A stretch of DNA of 64,000 nucleotides from Thalia democratica (taxonomy: Eukaryota), in the NCBI GenBank assembly GCA_965202585.1, contig OZ241827.1:64170001-64234000 (forward strand), read 5' to 3'. Shown piece by piece: positions 47,398 to 61,042 of this stretch. The translations under genes and the position numbers were made by a program. Each line of letters opens with the position of its first letter. The stretch's first letter is position 1. The notes under the pieces were generated by a model that was given only the letters and a program-made list of their open reading frames with translations, had not been told where the DNA came from and made no database searches.

Positions 47398-47910
47398 AAA
47401 CCGAGCAAAATTTGCTTTCTGTGCAATGTAAAAAGACTTGAAATAGCATTTGCCGACAAAAATTTATCCCTCAACTCCAGAACTGAGTTAATTGGCAAAT
47501 GCAGACACTTCGCTAAATTTTATTTAAAATCATAATGTTGTCATGTCCACATTTACAAATTTTATAAGTATATTACATCCGTGCTTGCAGTTTATTTTAT
47601 TTTGTTTTTAATTTATTTATTTTGACATTATTATTTTTATTGTATTATTGTTGCATTTGTGTTTTCTAGCTATTTATTTATTTATCTATTTTGTACTTAT
47701 CTAATAGGTTTTCTTAATTGGCCATTAATCATTTTGGTGTCTTGTTAATCTAGCAAGCTCATTTAATTTAATCAGTTGTAATAAGAATACAATAAGTGTT
47801 GATTAGTGTTGTTTAGTATATATGGCTTTGTCTATCTTACTTTATAGCGTTTTTAATCGTGATCATTGCTTTGCATGAAACACCGTGTTGAATAAAACTC
47901 TCAATCTGAA
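47398..47910 (+). mobile_element. Right part of the interrupted Penelope-like element (endonuclease C-terminus and 3' region)
   Basis: KPSKICFLCNVKRLEIAFADKNLSLNSRTELIGKCRHFAKFYLKS* (stop 47533-47535) continues the frame that ends at 33660. Confidence 0.88.
47851..47897 (+). ncRNA. Minimal type I hammerhead-ribozyme-like motif, G3:C8 variant
   Basis: TTTTAATC-GTGATCA-tTGCtttGCAt-GAAACA-ccg-TGT-T-GAATAAAA: stem I 7/8 paired, stem II 3 bp, stem III 3 bp, GUU cleavage triplet. Confidence 0.55.
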
Positions 47911-49599
47911 ATTGTCTAATTAAAGTTATATCATCAATGAATAAACTTAGTCTGTTTTAATGTATTGTTTCATTTTTTATAAATAAGTAAAGTTTTTTCG
48001 AATGAGTACAAAAGTACTAAGTTTAAATAGATTATGGAAAACATTGTGCCGTCGTCTTTAAAACGTATAAAATGTTACTAAGGCAATTATGCTTAATTTA
48101 ATTTAGTTCAATTTTAAAAATACTTATATGCATAATATAATGATAAAGTTAGTACTGTTTAGCAAAACAAAAATTTGATTACGTCAAACATTGTACTTTA
48201 GATAAATAATCATTAAAACTAAAAAAAAAGAAAATTTTAAGCCTTTTCGTTTAAAAGTTATCATAGAATCAGTTTGGTTACTCTTTTTTACAAATTAAAA
48301 TGAAAATAAAGTGATTAACATACTTTTAATATAAATATTCCTAGATCTGACAAAATTGCTTGAAATAGAGTTAGTTTATAAAACCAGTGTAAAAAATCTT
48401 AATTAAAAACTTTAAACGAAACAAAGGCCTTAGTTGTGCTAAAAGACATAACAGACTTGCTTAAAATGTGTTTATTTTGCAAGCAACGCAAACTTTAAAG
48501 CTAGCTAAGCAGTGATAAAAAGATAAAAAACTTGCAAAATAAAACTCTATTCATAAAAAATGATTATTCCTGTCTAAGCTCAATTTGTTTAATTGTTTTT
48601 AAGTTTCATAGTCCTGTTAAAAAATAAAAACAAGTTTTATAATTTTAAAAGAGACAGTAAGTCCGTTACAAGTTTGTGTTAAGCTATTTCCAGTGTCTTA
48701 GATTTATTTTGATTTTATGCAAACTTCGTAAACTTTTAACTATCTTTTAAATAAAATAATAAATACTTTAACTATATACTCTCGGTTTAAACATTGATGC
48801 CCATTATAAAAATTTAAAATGGTTTCATGATAGAAACCTTATATCACATTATACACACTTTGATAGCAAGTTATATAAGCATAATAAAAGATAAAATAAA
48901 TTTGTTTGAATTTTTTATTAAAATCTTATTTATTAAAAATAAGTTGAACTAAGTTTAAAACTTTTAAATTCAAGTGGGGTTTTAATATTTGTAACATATT
49001 AAAGACAAATAAAGTTTAGCCACTCACAGTGACTTTAAAAATAGACTAATGGTGGTCGTGAATCAACTGTAGTTAATTAAGAAAAACTTCTTTATGAAAT
49101 TTCAAAACTAACCTTTTATTGCTTTTATTGCGTCATTACGTCACTACAAGTTTCAGAATGCATTGCGCTTACTTGCGTTTCTAGTGAAATTTGTTACATG
49201 ACAGTTCAAATTCGGACATATAAAATTCTAGAAATAATATTCAAATTAATTATATCAAAAAAAGTAAAGTATATGTTAAACAATTAAATATGTGTTTGTA
49301 AGTCATGTTAATATCTACAGATCTTTTTTTTCTATACTTAAAAATTTATTTTAAATATCCTAAAATTACTAAAGATAATTATATTTTTAAGTTTTTTTTA
49401 GCCAGATCTCAAAAAACATTTAAAATTTTGCAAAAATAAAAATAGGCTTGTAGATATTAAAAAAGCCTACCTACATAAATATATTCATCTTTTTTATTAT
49501 ACATTACTTTTAAGGTATAACAAATTTTATACATCTTTTTTAAATTTGAATTGTCGCAATTTGGATTGTTGTGCACCCATTGAAGTTGAACCATGTATC

Positions 49600-50940
49600 A
49601 GAAAAACAATATATAAAGTCTTTTAAAGTCGGTTACTGGAGGTTTGTTCCAATATAATAAGCAATTATATACACAAATAGATGGCGTAAGCATGGGAAAC
49701 CCACTAGCGCCTACTATAGCAAATTACTTCATGGGAACATTGGAAAAAAAATCTCTTTAACACCGAAGATGAAAATAATCCAGTTTTATACCTTCGATAT
49801 GTCGACGACATATTCTGTATCTTCCGAAAAGATGTCTCATTCGAAAAATTCCACAAAAAGTTAAATAAACTACATAAGTCTATCAACTTCACATATGAAT
49901 TAGGTGGAAACGAACTCCCATTTTTGGACATTAATATCAAACTAAAGAGAGAGGAAATAACAACAAAGGTACACAAAAAAGACATTGATACAGATGTCAT
50001 TTTAAATTTTAGTGCAGTGGCACCAATTAAATGGAAAAGAGCTCTAATACTGTGGTTTGTAAACAGAGCGAGAATTATAGCTTCTATGCATAACATTTAC
50101 AAACAAGAAATCACAAGCTTAAAAGAAAAATTCTTTAAGAATGGTTATCCAAAGAAATTTGTTGATGACATAATTGAAAGATCTCTTAATATTAATAAAG
50201 ACTGCACTAAACAAAAACTAAGTAACTCAGATTTCAAAAATGTGATAAAGATACCTTATATTGGAAAACCTAGTATCGAGTATAAAAAGAAACTAGAAAA
50301 GCTTCTAAACAATTACATCGAAGAATTCAAAGTAATCTTTACCACAACAAAAGTAAGCAATTACTTCAGTAATAAAGATAGGACACCCCATGAATTAAAA
50401 TCAAACGTGGTCTATGAGTATAAATGCTCTTATGATAAGAGTATCCAATATATTGGATTCACTTCACGACCATTAGTAGAAAGAATTAAAGAACATTTAA
50501 AAGGCAAAACATCGGTATCGGACCATATTAGCAATTGTAATGTTTGTAAAAATGAAAAAATAACTGTTAATAATTTTGGAATTTTGAAAGAATGTAGAAA
50601 TAAATTTGAGACCCTGATAAGTGAAGCTCTACTAATTAAACGCTATAATCCAATTTTAAATAAACAATTAATTAAACCGGGTATTACCCACACATTAAGA
50701 ATTTTTGATTAGTTTGATATATATTAGTTTAACAATTTGTTAGTACTTATGTAAAATGTTATTTTATTAGAGTTTATAATCTTAATTTATAAAATTTTTA
50801 TATAATGTATCACTTATAAATTTTTTTTTGTATATTTAGTTGTTTATCACTAATTTTATTTATTTTGCACAGTATTTTGTTGATAATGACTTATTGAAAG
50901 TCGAAACGTCGTCATGCGAATAAATTTTAAACGTAGAATG
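49600..50940 (+). mobile_element. 5'-truncated Penelope-like element (different family), RT C-terminal half plus GIY-YIG ORF
   Basis: QIDGVSMGNPLAPTIANYFMG; frameshift in poly-A at about 49750; YLRYVDDIFCIF, LPFLDI; VVYEYKC...YIGFTSRPLVERIKEH; open to 50712. Confidence 0.9.
50861..50922 (+). ncRNA. Hammerhead-ribozyme-like motif, U3:A8 variant, at PLE 3' end
   Basis: TTGATAA-t-GACTT-attga-AAGTC-GAAAC-gtc-GTC: perfect 5-bp stem II and GUC triplet; stem I only partly paired. Confidence 0.5.
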
Positions 50941-52044
50941 TGTTTCTTACTGAATTGGTATTTAATATATAAAATGTTTTAATAATCATGATTTTAAAAG
51001 ACACTTATGTACTGCAATTAATTTAATAATTAGTATTTTTATTATTTATTTGGATGAGCTGTTTTACAACTTTAATTGTTTAACTTGACAAAAAATTAGT
51101 AATGCATCTTTTTTTAAATGTTTAACTAATATAAAAAAGATAAACTAACTAAATGCTTTAAACGATAAATATGTTTTTAAGAAACTTGACAACTTTTTAT
51201 GCTTTTAACCAAACATAACAATTGTTAAGTTTATTTTATCAAGTTCTATCAACAACTTTTTTTCTTTAATTAATGGTTTTTAACTATTTTGTTTACAGTT
51301 ATTAAACAGTAGTGTAGAAGACTAAAATTTACGAACATATACACAAATGCTGTTGGAAAAATTAAATGAAAAAAAAAAATATATAAATATATTTATATAC
51401 TTTCAAAAAAAAAAAACGTATGTTACGTTATTTGAGGTGATGTTGTAGTAAAAGTAAATACAATGTTTAAAATATAGTTTAAAGTGCTCCTTTGATTTAG
51501 TAAATTATTAACTTTTTATTTTAAGGTTTTTTTTACGACAAGATAGCATTGTTTTTTTTTGTTTCTCAATAGAACTTAATTTTTTAAATTAAATATAACC
51601 ACGTGTTTACAAATCTCTTTCAGAAGTTTCATTTACAAAATCTTATAAACGTAACAGTGCAGCTATAAAGTTTTGAAAAAAAATACAAAAACTTAACAAC
51701 AATTAATTTGAAAACACACGATATCTGCAATTACTTGCAAAAAAAAACAGTACATATTTGTATAAACGAATGTAGTCTGATATATTGATTATTAACACTT
51801 CTTAAAGTCATTACAAATATATTCCAACCAAAGTTGTACACAGAAAAACGTTCTTCAAGGTAATAAAGCTATAAAGCTATAGTAAACAAAGTATATATCA
51901 TATCGAGGATACATGAACACTAGAAATAAATCAAAAAGTCATAACAAAAGGCATAGAAGTTGATTAAATAAATATTTTTTCTTCATAAAACATAAATAAA
52001 AAGTTTTTATAACACGCAAAAAAAAAGTATAATTGTAGTCCTGC

Positions 52045-52750
52045 AGGGCCTGAGGTAGGAACTATCTTTAATTGGGGGGAGTCCCCTTTTTTGTGCTAAA
52101 CACTTAGCGCGTTTAGCTCTTAAGGTTTTTACTGAATTCACCTTACTCCTTAGGTTTAACTTAGTAATTAATAAGTATGTAATAAGAATATATATAATTT
52201 ATTTAATGAAGTGAGTTTATTCAACACGTGATTTTATTGTGAAAATTTGGAAGTAGAAATGATAAAGCAGCTAATAAATCAATTGAATAAAGCTGCGAAT
52301 ATAAACACAATAAATAAACACAAAGTTCTACAAATAGAAATGTTCTTAAAATTTTAAAATCTTAAATACTAAAATAGCTCTTACTAATAAAAGTACTAAT
52401 AATACAGAGTCTTAATATATATTGTGCTTCATGCACAACGATGGCTAAACTAAGCACAATATAATACGATAACGCAAATAAGCATCAAGATCTTATAGAA
52501 CGAAAATAATAAAAAAGTTCTTATAATAATTTCGTGTGCGTCTCGCACGGTCTTATGGCTTAACTGAGCGTAATAACATACATATTTTAAGTTTTATTGT
52601 GTGTTGATTTGATAAACAATCGTCTAACGTCCCCTGGCGGTCATTTAAAAAACAACAAAATGCATATTTTGTTACATAATTACTAAAACAATTCACATTT
52701 TTATTAAATTCGTGTTTAAATAAGTAGAAGTAAAAGTCTTTTTATAAATG
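52045..52750. repeat. Diverged dispersed repeat with direct copy at about 55235-55760
   Basis: Shared colinear blocks such as TAAGGTTTT..TGAATT, AATTAATAAGT, AATACAGAGTCTT, CAATCGTCTAA.GTC.CTGGCGGT.ATTTA.AAAACAACAAAATG. Confidence 0.65.
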
Positions 52751-55700
52751 AAGTCTTATTCTATGAATAGTGGTGTAGAGTATAATTCACAAAAGTTTTC
52801 AAAAAATACGAGTTTTATTCTTAAGTGGTAAACGTAAAATGAAACTGAAAAAAACTTTACTTAGTAAGACAGTTTAAAAAATAAGTTTAACTTATGACGT
52901 ATGAATAAATCTAAATAAATACAAACTTGAGAGTTTAGCAAGTAAAACTTGAGTAAAGATAAATAACTAACAAATTGATAATAACTTTTCTTTACTATTT
53001 AATGTTATTTGCGTATTTAACTTATGTCGCTCTTCCTCAATTAATAATGATTTCCGACTTATTTACATATTATATTGAGTTTGCTTTAGTTACATCGTTT
53101 TTCAAAAATTTTAAAGTTTTGAACTATTTCAGAGTTGAACACCTCTTAAATTGCACAAGCTGTTTATGTGCTCTAACAAATGTCTTTGCAAATATCAAGC
53201 TTTTTTAAACTAATGACTTTTTCTATTTCTTTCTCTCTCTCATTTATTGTTATAAATGTTTGAAATTTTAACAAAATTATTTTATATCATAACAAAAACT
53301 TAAGATTTATCTTGCTAAAACTTTATCGTCGGTCTGTTTTTATCAATTTATATAAATCTTTTTTTTTTAATATTCTATTTTCATTCTTGTTTATTTAAGA
53401 CTTTTATATATTGTAGTTTTTCACAAGTTTACAATGATTTAATACAAAAATATTTATAAGTAGTTATTTTTTATACTCAAGTAAAAATTCAAATCTTTTA
53501 TACTTGTTTTTTCTCATTGTTAACATTTATTAAACAAAGATATAATCAAAAATAGTTGAGTAGTATATTTTTAAACGTATATAGAAAATTATTATTCTAC
53601 AAGCAAAACTAAACACCTACATGCAAACTTAAAAAAATTCTAATCTGTAAAAATTATTTCAATTGATATTTAATAAATTAGTTTTGTATGAATTAATATT
53701 TATGTTAAATACCAAATGCTTACTTTTAAAGATTTTAATTTTAATGAAACATTATAATAACAAATTTTAAACTATAATTTTAATGTAATGTTTTATTTTT
53801 AACAATATGTAATTGCATAACTTATTTTATTTTCACTTTTTGTAACTACAAAAATCTTTATGGGATAGCTCAAAATACTTTTAATGTTAGAAATATCTTG
53901 AAAACATTGTTTTGCTTTGTTTAAACTTATATACGAGTTATTTTACTAATTTTAATGTGAATCTTGTTTATTATAGATTACGATTTATTAGGAGAAAGTG
54001 TTTACCTAACTGTTAACTATGTAAAAGCGAATTAAACTTGTAGTTAATTTTTTAATAGTTGATATCTTTTTAACCTAATATAAAATTGTTCATTATAAAA
54101 TTCTATAGTAATTAAAAACACTTACTTAGAAAACTTATAGGTAGTTCAATTTAAATTAAAAAAACTTACTTAATAAATTTATCTGTAACTAAGCGGGGGT
54201 CAAATAGAAAACATCTGCACTGTTTTTATAAGTTTATAAATTGCAAAACGACATCTATCTATAACTTTTAATTTAATTTATTGTTTAAAAGATGCTTTTA
54301 AAATAAAATAATATTTTTTGTTCGTAGTAAATTGTATAACTTAATGTTTGCAAAGGTAATTGTATAATTTTTTTCGACATTTTAAAAGCTCTAAAACTTT
54401 TAGAAAAATTTAGTTTAATTAAGAAGATAAATTACAACATAGATCTTTTTTTATACACAAATACAAAAATATAAAAATAAAATCTTTAGAATTGACTAAG
54501 ATACTATACGTTTTTTTATGATAAAAAAAATCAAACACATTTTAATATTTAATTAAATAAAAAATCTTCACGTACGGTAAACTAAAATTCAAAAATGTAA
54601 TACTAGTTTAAAAGTTCATTTAAAAGACAAATTATGACATACTTAACTGTATATTGCACGAAAATTGAAACTTAGCACTTTAAAATTTTTTAATCTTTTG
54701 AATGATTTTACGAAGTCATTATCATCATAATCCAATTTTTCCTTACCTCACTGTTGCAAACTTACACTTTTGAGAATTTAGTTCGAAAATTTACCTTTTG
54801 TAATTCAAACCTGCTAAGAACTTAACCAACAAAAGAACAACAAAGGACTTAAAAAGCTGTAATTAACCTGATAGAGCTAGTCATGCATTATCTTGTGTTA
54901 TTGCATGAGCTAGTATCTATTTAAAGTTTTATTTAAAGTTTTATTTAAAAAAGTAAGTATACTCATTTTTAAGTTTTGATAAATGCATTACAATACAAAA
55001 ACTAGTCTTTTACTATTTAGAGTTACGCGTTTTCTAAAAGTAAAAGCCATATATTTGTGTTGAGAACCGTATTAAATCTTCAGATTATAATAAAACAAAA
55101 CATCTTCTTCTGAAAGTTTATAGTTTGTTTTTTATTTTGTTTGTTGATTATAATATTCATTCAAAAAAATAATTACACCTAAGTTTTTTTCGTGTTTTAA
55201 AACGTATTTCATGTAACTAAAACTACCCCAGCATGTTTTGGGGTGGTACTATCAATTAGGGAAGCTTGGCTCTTTTTGTGCCAAACGCTTTGTTTGTTTT
55301 ACTTTTAAGGTTTTATTGAATTTACCAAAGTCATTAAGTGTAACTTAATAATTAATAAGTTTATCATTAGTTTTTAGTGTATAGTTTCTTTAATGTGCTG
55401 AGTTTATTAAAATGGAAAAGCAACCAATGTACCAGTGAAATAAAACTGCAAATATAAACACAACAAGTAATACAATGTTCTACAAATTGTAATGTTCTTA
55501 ATGTTCTGAAAATGCTTGCATGTAACAGTATAAAACGTAAGAACAAATTTAATAACAATACAGAGTCTTCAGTTGTTGTAGGCTTCTTGCACAACAATGG
55601 TTAAAATGAGCAAAAAAACATTATTAAGATTTAATATGTGATTTGATGATCAATCGTCTAAAGTCTCTGGCGGTTATTTAGAAAACAACAAAATGTATAC

Positions 55701-55953
55701 ACTTTGTTACAACATCATTAGCAAAAAATTGAATTTATTAACTCTTTTTTATAAAAGAATAAGGTTAAATATTGATATGCAAGTTTAAGAATAACCAAAA
55801 AGGTCATAAAAAAAATTAAAACTAAACTTATTTTAAATAACTTGAAAGTTTTAAACGAAGTTAAGAAATAATAATTGATTCGTGTACATTATTGATTTAT
55901 AACAAACTTTTAACCAAGTGTAATGCAAAAGGGGATTTAAAAAAGTCAAATTC

Positions 55954-56690
55954 TGTCTTCTGTCACCAACAAAAATGACGTTAACGCTTTAAAAGAGCTG
56001 ATTATAAAAACATCAAGATGTTTTCAAAACATTAAGAGGTTTGCAATTACCAGTTATGTAACATATCACAGTAAAGCAGAGTTTACAACTATCATATCAC
56101 AGTAGTAATGAGCTACAACTATCACATCACAGTAGTAATGAGCTACAACTATCACATCACAGTAGTGAGGCGCTACAACTATCACATCACAGTGGTAATG
56201 AGGTACAACTATCACATCACAGTAGTTAGTATATACAACTCTCACATCACAGTAGTAAGGAGCTACAACTATCACATCACAGTGTTTAGTACTCTTCACT
56301 ACTGTGATGTGATAGTTGTAGCTCGTCACCGCTGTGATGTGATAGTTGTGGCTCATTCCTACTGTGATATGATAGTTGTAGTTCCTCATCACTGTGATAT
56401 GATAGTTGTAGTTCCTAACTACTGTGATGTGATAGTTGTAGCTCATTACTACTGTGATGTGATAGTTGTAGTTCCTTACTACTGTGATGTGATAGTTGTA
56501 GCTCATTACTACTGTGATGTGATAGTTGTAGTTCCTAACTACTGTGATGTGATAGTTATGAACTCTTCTTTACTACGATGTGTTACATAACTGGTAATTG
56601 CAAACTTCTCAATGTTTTAGAAACATCTTGATGTTTTTATAATCAGCTCTTTTAAAACGTTAACGTCATTTTTGTTCGTGACAGAAGACA
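55954..56690. repeat. Foldback element: ~360-bp inverted arms containing a 30-bp minisatellite
   Basis: TGTCTTCTGTCAC..ACAAAAATGACGTTAACG...GCAATTACCAGTTATGTAACA mirrored at 56580-56690; 30-bp unit (CAGTAGTAATGAGCTACAACTATCACATCA) about 7 times forward and 9 times reversed around a ~20-nt centre near 56290. Confidence 0.92.
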
Positions 56691-59600
56691 CACTTAGGAT
56701 AACTCAGGACAATTTGAATTTTTTTTTAAATCTCAGGGATTCAGGATATTTTGAAATTTTAAACACCTTAAAAACAAAAAAAAAAACTTACCTGAGAGCC
56801 CAAAAATATTTCTAAGTCATTCCTACTCATACACTTAACTCAGAATAACTCAGGTCAGTTTGATTATATTGTAAAAAGCTCAATTAATTTTAAGACTTTT
56901 TTTTTTACTTTCTTAAATAGTTTATTAAAGTTTAGAAAAATGTTTCAAAAATTAAGTAAAGAAGAATGAATGACTTATAGCTATTCTTGGGCACTCAGAT
57001 TAGTTTTTTGTTTTAAAGATAGCAACCCTAAAGATCTATGTTACTTTGATATTTATTAATTGTTGTTTAATAGGTAGAAAGTTCAAGAGAAAATTGAACA
57101 AGGAGTATTACAAAACGCACAAGTGGCTGTGTGGATACGAACAAGCTTTAGCTCTACACTGCATATTGTTTGATGGTGAGGATGCTTGGACAAAATCAGA
57201 TTTTATAAATTTAGGAATAATTGCTGTGAGAACTAGAAACCATGCCAAGTCGCCAAAGCACGTCGACAATATACTTTCTTTAAATTTACTTGGCAAAAAA
57301 TGTATACAAGCTCATTTGAGCAAAAACTACCAGAATAGCATTGATAAATACAATAAAGAAGTAATGAAAAACAGAAAAGTATTCTTAACTATAATTGATA
57401 GTGTGCTTTTCTGCGGATTCAAAGAAATAGCTTTGAGAGGGCATAATGAAATGGAAGATTATTTAAATCATTTTAGATATTTTCTTAATTTTGATACCAA
57501 ACATGACAAAGATCTTAAAACGCACTTTGAAACAAGTAGAGCATTTTCAGGAGTGTTTCCAACAATACAAAGTGAAATTTTGTTATGTGCCTGGAAAGTT
57601 AACAGGAAGGAATTTAAACCTCAAGTCTTGCAGGCAAACTTTATAGCAGTAATTGCGGACTAAACAACAGATGTGAGCGTGCAAAACCAATTGTCTATAG
57701 TGATAAGAGATACTTTCAATGAACAACGACAGTGTCGTTAAGAGGTTTTGGGATTTTTTCAGCCAAAAAGAGTAAATACAGAAGATAGTTCAGAAGTTAT
57801 TTTAAATGAGCTAGAGAAAATCCTGCAGGGTGACAAAAATAATTAATTGCTCAGACTTATGACGGTGCTTCGGTCATGAGGGGAAGAATAGCAGGGGTTC
57901 ATGTGAAAGTAAAGGAAGTTTATGAAAACGCTTATTACGTACATTGTGCTGCTCATCAGCTAAACTTAGTGCTTTCAATGGCTGCTAGTTGCAAGAGAGA
58001 GGCTAAACTTTTTTTTGTTAAACTAGATCAGATTCCTACTTTTTTAAGTCAACAGAAAGAAGACGTGTAGTTGAAGTGAATGTTCCTTCTGGATGCAAAA
58101 CTAGATGGAAATTCAACTCAAAAACCGTTTGCAAAGTTGCATAAAGAAAAGATGAGTTACTAACAGGGTTTGAATATTTTGTTAGTTACACTGACGGTTA
58201 CGGATATTCCACTACAGCTGCAGCAGAAAACTGCTCTTAAATGATAAAAAGTTCAACTTTTGGTTGAAATTCTTTTCTAAGCTTATGCCTGAAATGGGAG
58301 CCGATCATTTTAACCCGATCACTTCTAACCCGATCATTTCTAACCCGAACGTTTCCAACCCATTCTACTTGTTTATTTTCTTTTTATTTTTTAATTTTGA
58401 TTTCATGCAAAAACAAACTAGTCTTAATAAAGTTATTAAAAAAATGTGTATTCATATTTTTAGTTTCTTTATAAAATTATGATTATCATGTGTTACGTAA
58501 ATAACATTGTTTGTATAAACTTTAATTTTAGTATTAGCTTAACATAGGTTTAATTTATTTTTTTTCACCTTATTTTTTGATATTTCATTCTACACATATT
58601 TAATTTTTTTTTTCATTGTTTCATATTTTGTTGTTCTTTCAATCCACTTTAACAGACGTTTTTTGATAATAATATACAATTTACTTAATTATTTACTTTA
58701 TGTTTACTTTACAATATTTCGAACTATTCTTTGTAGGGTTTTAAAGTAAGCATTTATAATTATATTTAAGAATGATCTTATAGTAATTCACGTTACTATA
58801 ACGATTTTAACATAAGCAAATTAAAAAAAGTAAACCTTTACCATTGTAATATTTAGATACGAAATTTTTTATATTACGGTCTAAAAACTATATTGTAGGT
58901 CTGTTGTAAATGTTGTATTATTGCTGACTAATGTATTTACGTTTTATAGTAGGTTAGTTTTAAGTTTAATTTTAATAACTTTTACAAGTTGTTATACAAC
59001 TTGCCTATTAAGATAAAGGAATTCAACCAAATACTAGGAGAAATTTTAAAACTTTTGCTATATTAAGTGGAAAAGCATGATTTTTAGGTTTTATCTAGTT
59101 AAATATTAGTTATAAAAGGTACTAGGTATAAAATTGTAGTTCATATAAATTTGCCCTAAATTTAAATTCAACTTGCCAATCTGGTCTTCATACTTGAAAA
59201 ATATGTATAAACCGTATACAATTTCATCAAAGAAAAAGTACGGAGTAGTCTTTAACGGCTGCAATACTCATTATATTTCTTACATTGACAACTATCACAA
59301 CTTAATATTTAATATTTAGAATTCAAAAGACATACTTTTCCTAATGCTTTCTAAAACTAATTAAATACAATTAATTTATAATCCATTTTGAACCTTTTTA
59401 AAATAATTAATTACCACGAAAATAAATCAAAAACTCATGCAGTCATAGTTATCTTTCAGTTTAAATGGGAAATTAGCTTTTAAACAAAACTAATCTTTGT
59501 AAAAAATTTGAATAACTTTGATTTCAGTTTACTTGATTAAGATAAGATACATTATATTAGCAACTATGAGTAATTTAACAAGTTTTAAACTTATAAACCA

Positions 59601-59900
59601 TTGATTTAGTATGTAGAATTCAGTTTATTATATAGTTTGATTTTATTAGCAGCGCCTTTCCTCTGTAAGTAATAAACCGGTATCAATATCTTCGATAAAT
59701 ATTAATGTGACCTGTGTTCATAATGTGATTTGGACTTTATATTTAGTGCTTAGTCAATGCAATTAAAGTTTTGATTTTTTTACAAATGTCTGTACCTTAA
59801 TTCCAATAGTATTTATTTTAATTGTATCGATTATGCTTTGGCAAAGCGACTAAAATAATTGATATAAAAACAACAAAATACCAAACGGTTGCACAAATAT

Positions 59901-60190
59901 TTAAAAGCTAACTCTAAAAGTCAGGATGTGTATATCCGGTTGATGTTTGAACAAGAATAAATTTAATTCATGAACCTTTGGAGTTTGTTTGAATTCTGAC
60001 ATTCTAGTATATTCTAAATGAAATTTATAAAAGTTGTGGGCTTCGGATGTTGGTGGCCCAACATCTAAAGCCTCAGTTGGGTCAGGTTGACTTCCTGTGG
60101 GCAGATAGTCAACCTGACCTTTTTGTTCATACTTTTTTTGCAACCGGGGTGACCTTCTAACAGGCTTATGTTAAGAACCCGCTGCAGGCA
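59901..60190 (-). mobile_element. Possible 5' fragment of a non-LTR retrotransposon (APE-endonuclease-like start, hairpin-rich leader)
   Basis: KVHELNLFLFKHQPDIHILT resembles APE N-terminal K..EL..L....PDI..LTET; perfect 12-bp stem GGTCAGGTTGAC/GTCAACCTGACC. Confidence 0.4.
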
Positions 60191-60734
60191 ACTTATCATT
60201 AATATTATCTAAGTTGGACATAATAACTTTATACTACTTAATGTTACTCTAGGCTACTTTATTTAAAGAAGACAGACAGTTTTGAGTGATGAATCTTTTA
60301 TATAAAAAAAAAACAAGAAATACAAGCATATACAAAATTATAAATTACTGTTATAACACTTTAGAAACTGAAAGCTACTTAAATCTATATCAAAAGACCT
60401 AAAACAATAAACTAAAAAATAATAAAAACATTTAGTAAACATAAACTGTAAAAGGTTTAATAAACTATTAAAATACAAATCTTGCTTAAATATTCAAACA
60501 ATAAAACACCAATTGAAATATTAATTAAAAAAAAAAACTAATAATAAATATTTACAAATCAGTTCAAGATATGTTGTTGCTTTCAGCCGCAAACTCACTG
60601 ACTCACTGTTTACATGAAACTGCCTGTCATGTTTTGATGCTTTGTTGCATCAGTATTTATTTTGAAACATTACGTCAGATGATTCTCATTGGCTCGTGCA
60701 TTCAAGCGTATCTAATTTTAAATATTCTCTAAAT

Positions 60735-61042
60735 CAGGGTTTCCCAAAGTGGGCCAAGTGGCCCTCTAGGGGGCCATAGGGGGCCATGACAGATACTCAG
60801 GGAGCCACGAGGAGCAAATGGGTAAGAGGGGGGGCCATGAAAGTAAAGGAGCCACAGAGGGGCCATGAGGCCATAACTAGAAACTTACACTAAATATTCT
60901 TGAGTTGCAGATGAAGCGCAAAAAAACAAAAAAGGTCTTATGTGTATTTTATCGTAGTTTAAGAGTAATCTTGTTGAAGGGGGCCATTGCCTTTTCAAAT
61001 TACTTAAAGGGGGCCATTTGCAAAAAAGTTTGGGAAACCCTG
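60735..61042. mobile_element. hAT-type MITE, 308 bp
   Basis: Perfect TIR CAGGGTTTCCCAAA / TTTGGGAAACCCTG; perfect 8-bp TSD CTCTAAAT (60727-60734, 61043-61050); repeated GGGGCCA subterminal motifs. Confidence 0.95.

Noticed and set aside
47219-47431. 70-aa ORF identical to the gag N-terminus
   Set aside because: 3' LTR copy of the gag start running into flanking PLE DNA; not an independent gene.
56066-56590. Repetitive ORFs (SYNYHITVVM)n on both strands, and a CRISPR-like look
   Set aside because: Translations of a stop-free 30-bp minisatellite. The variable parts are only ~10 nt and related to each other, the context is eukaryotic, and no cas genes are present.
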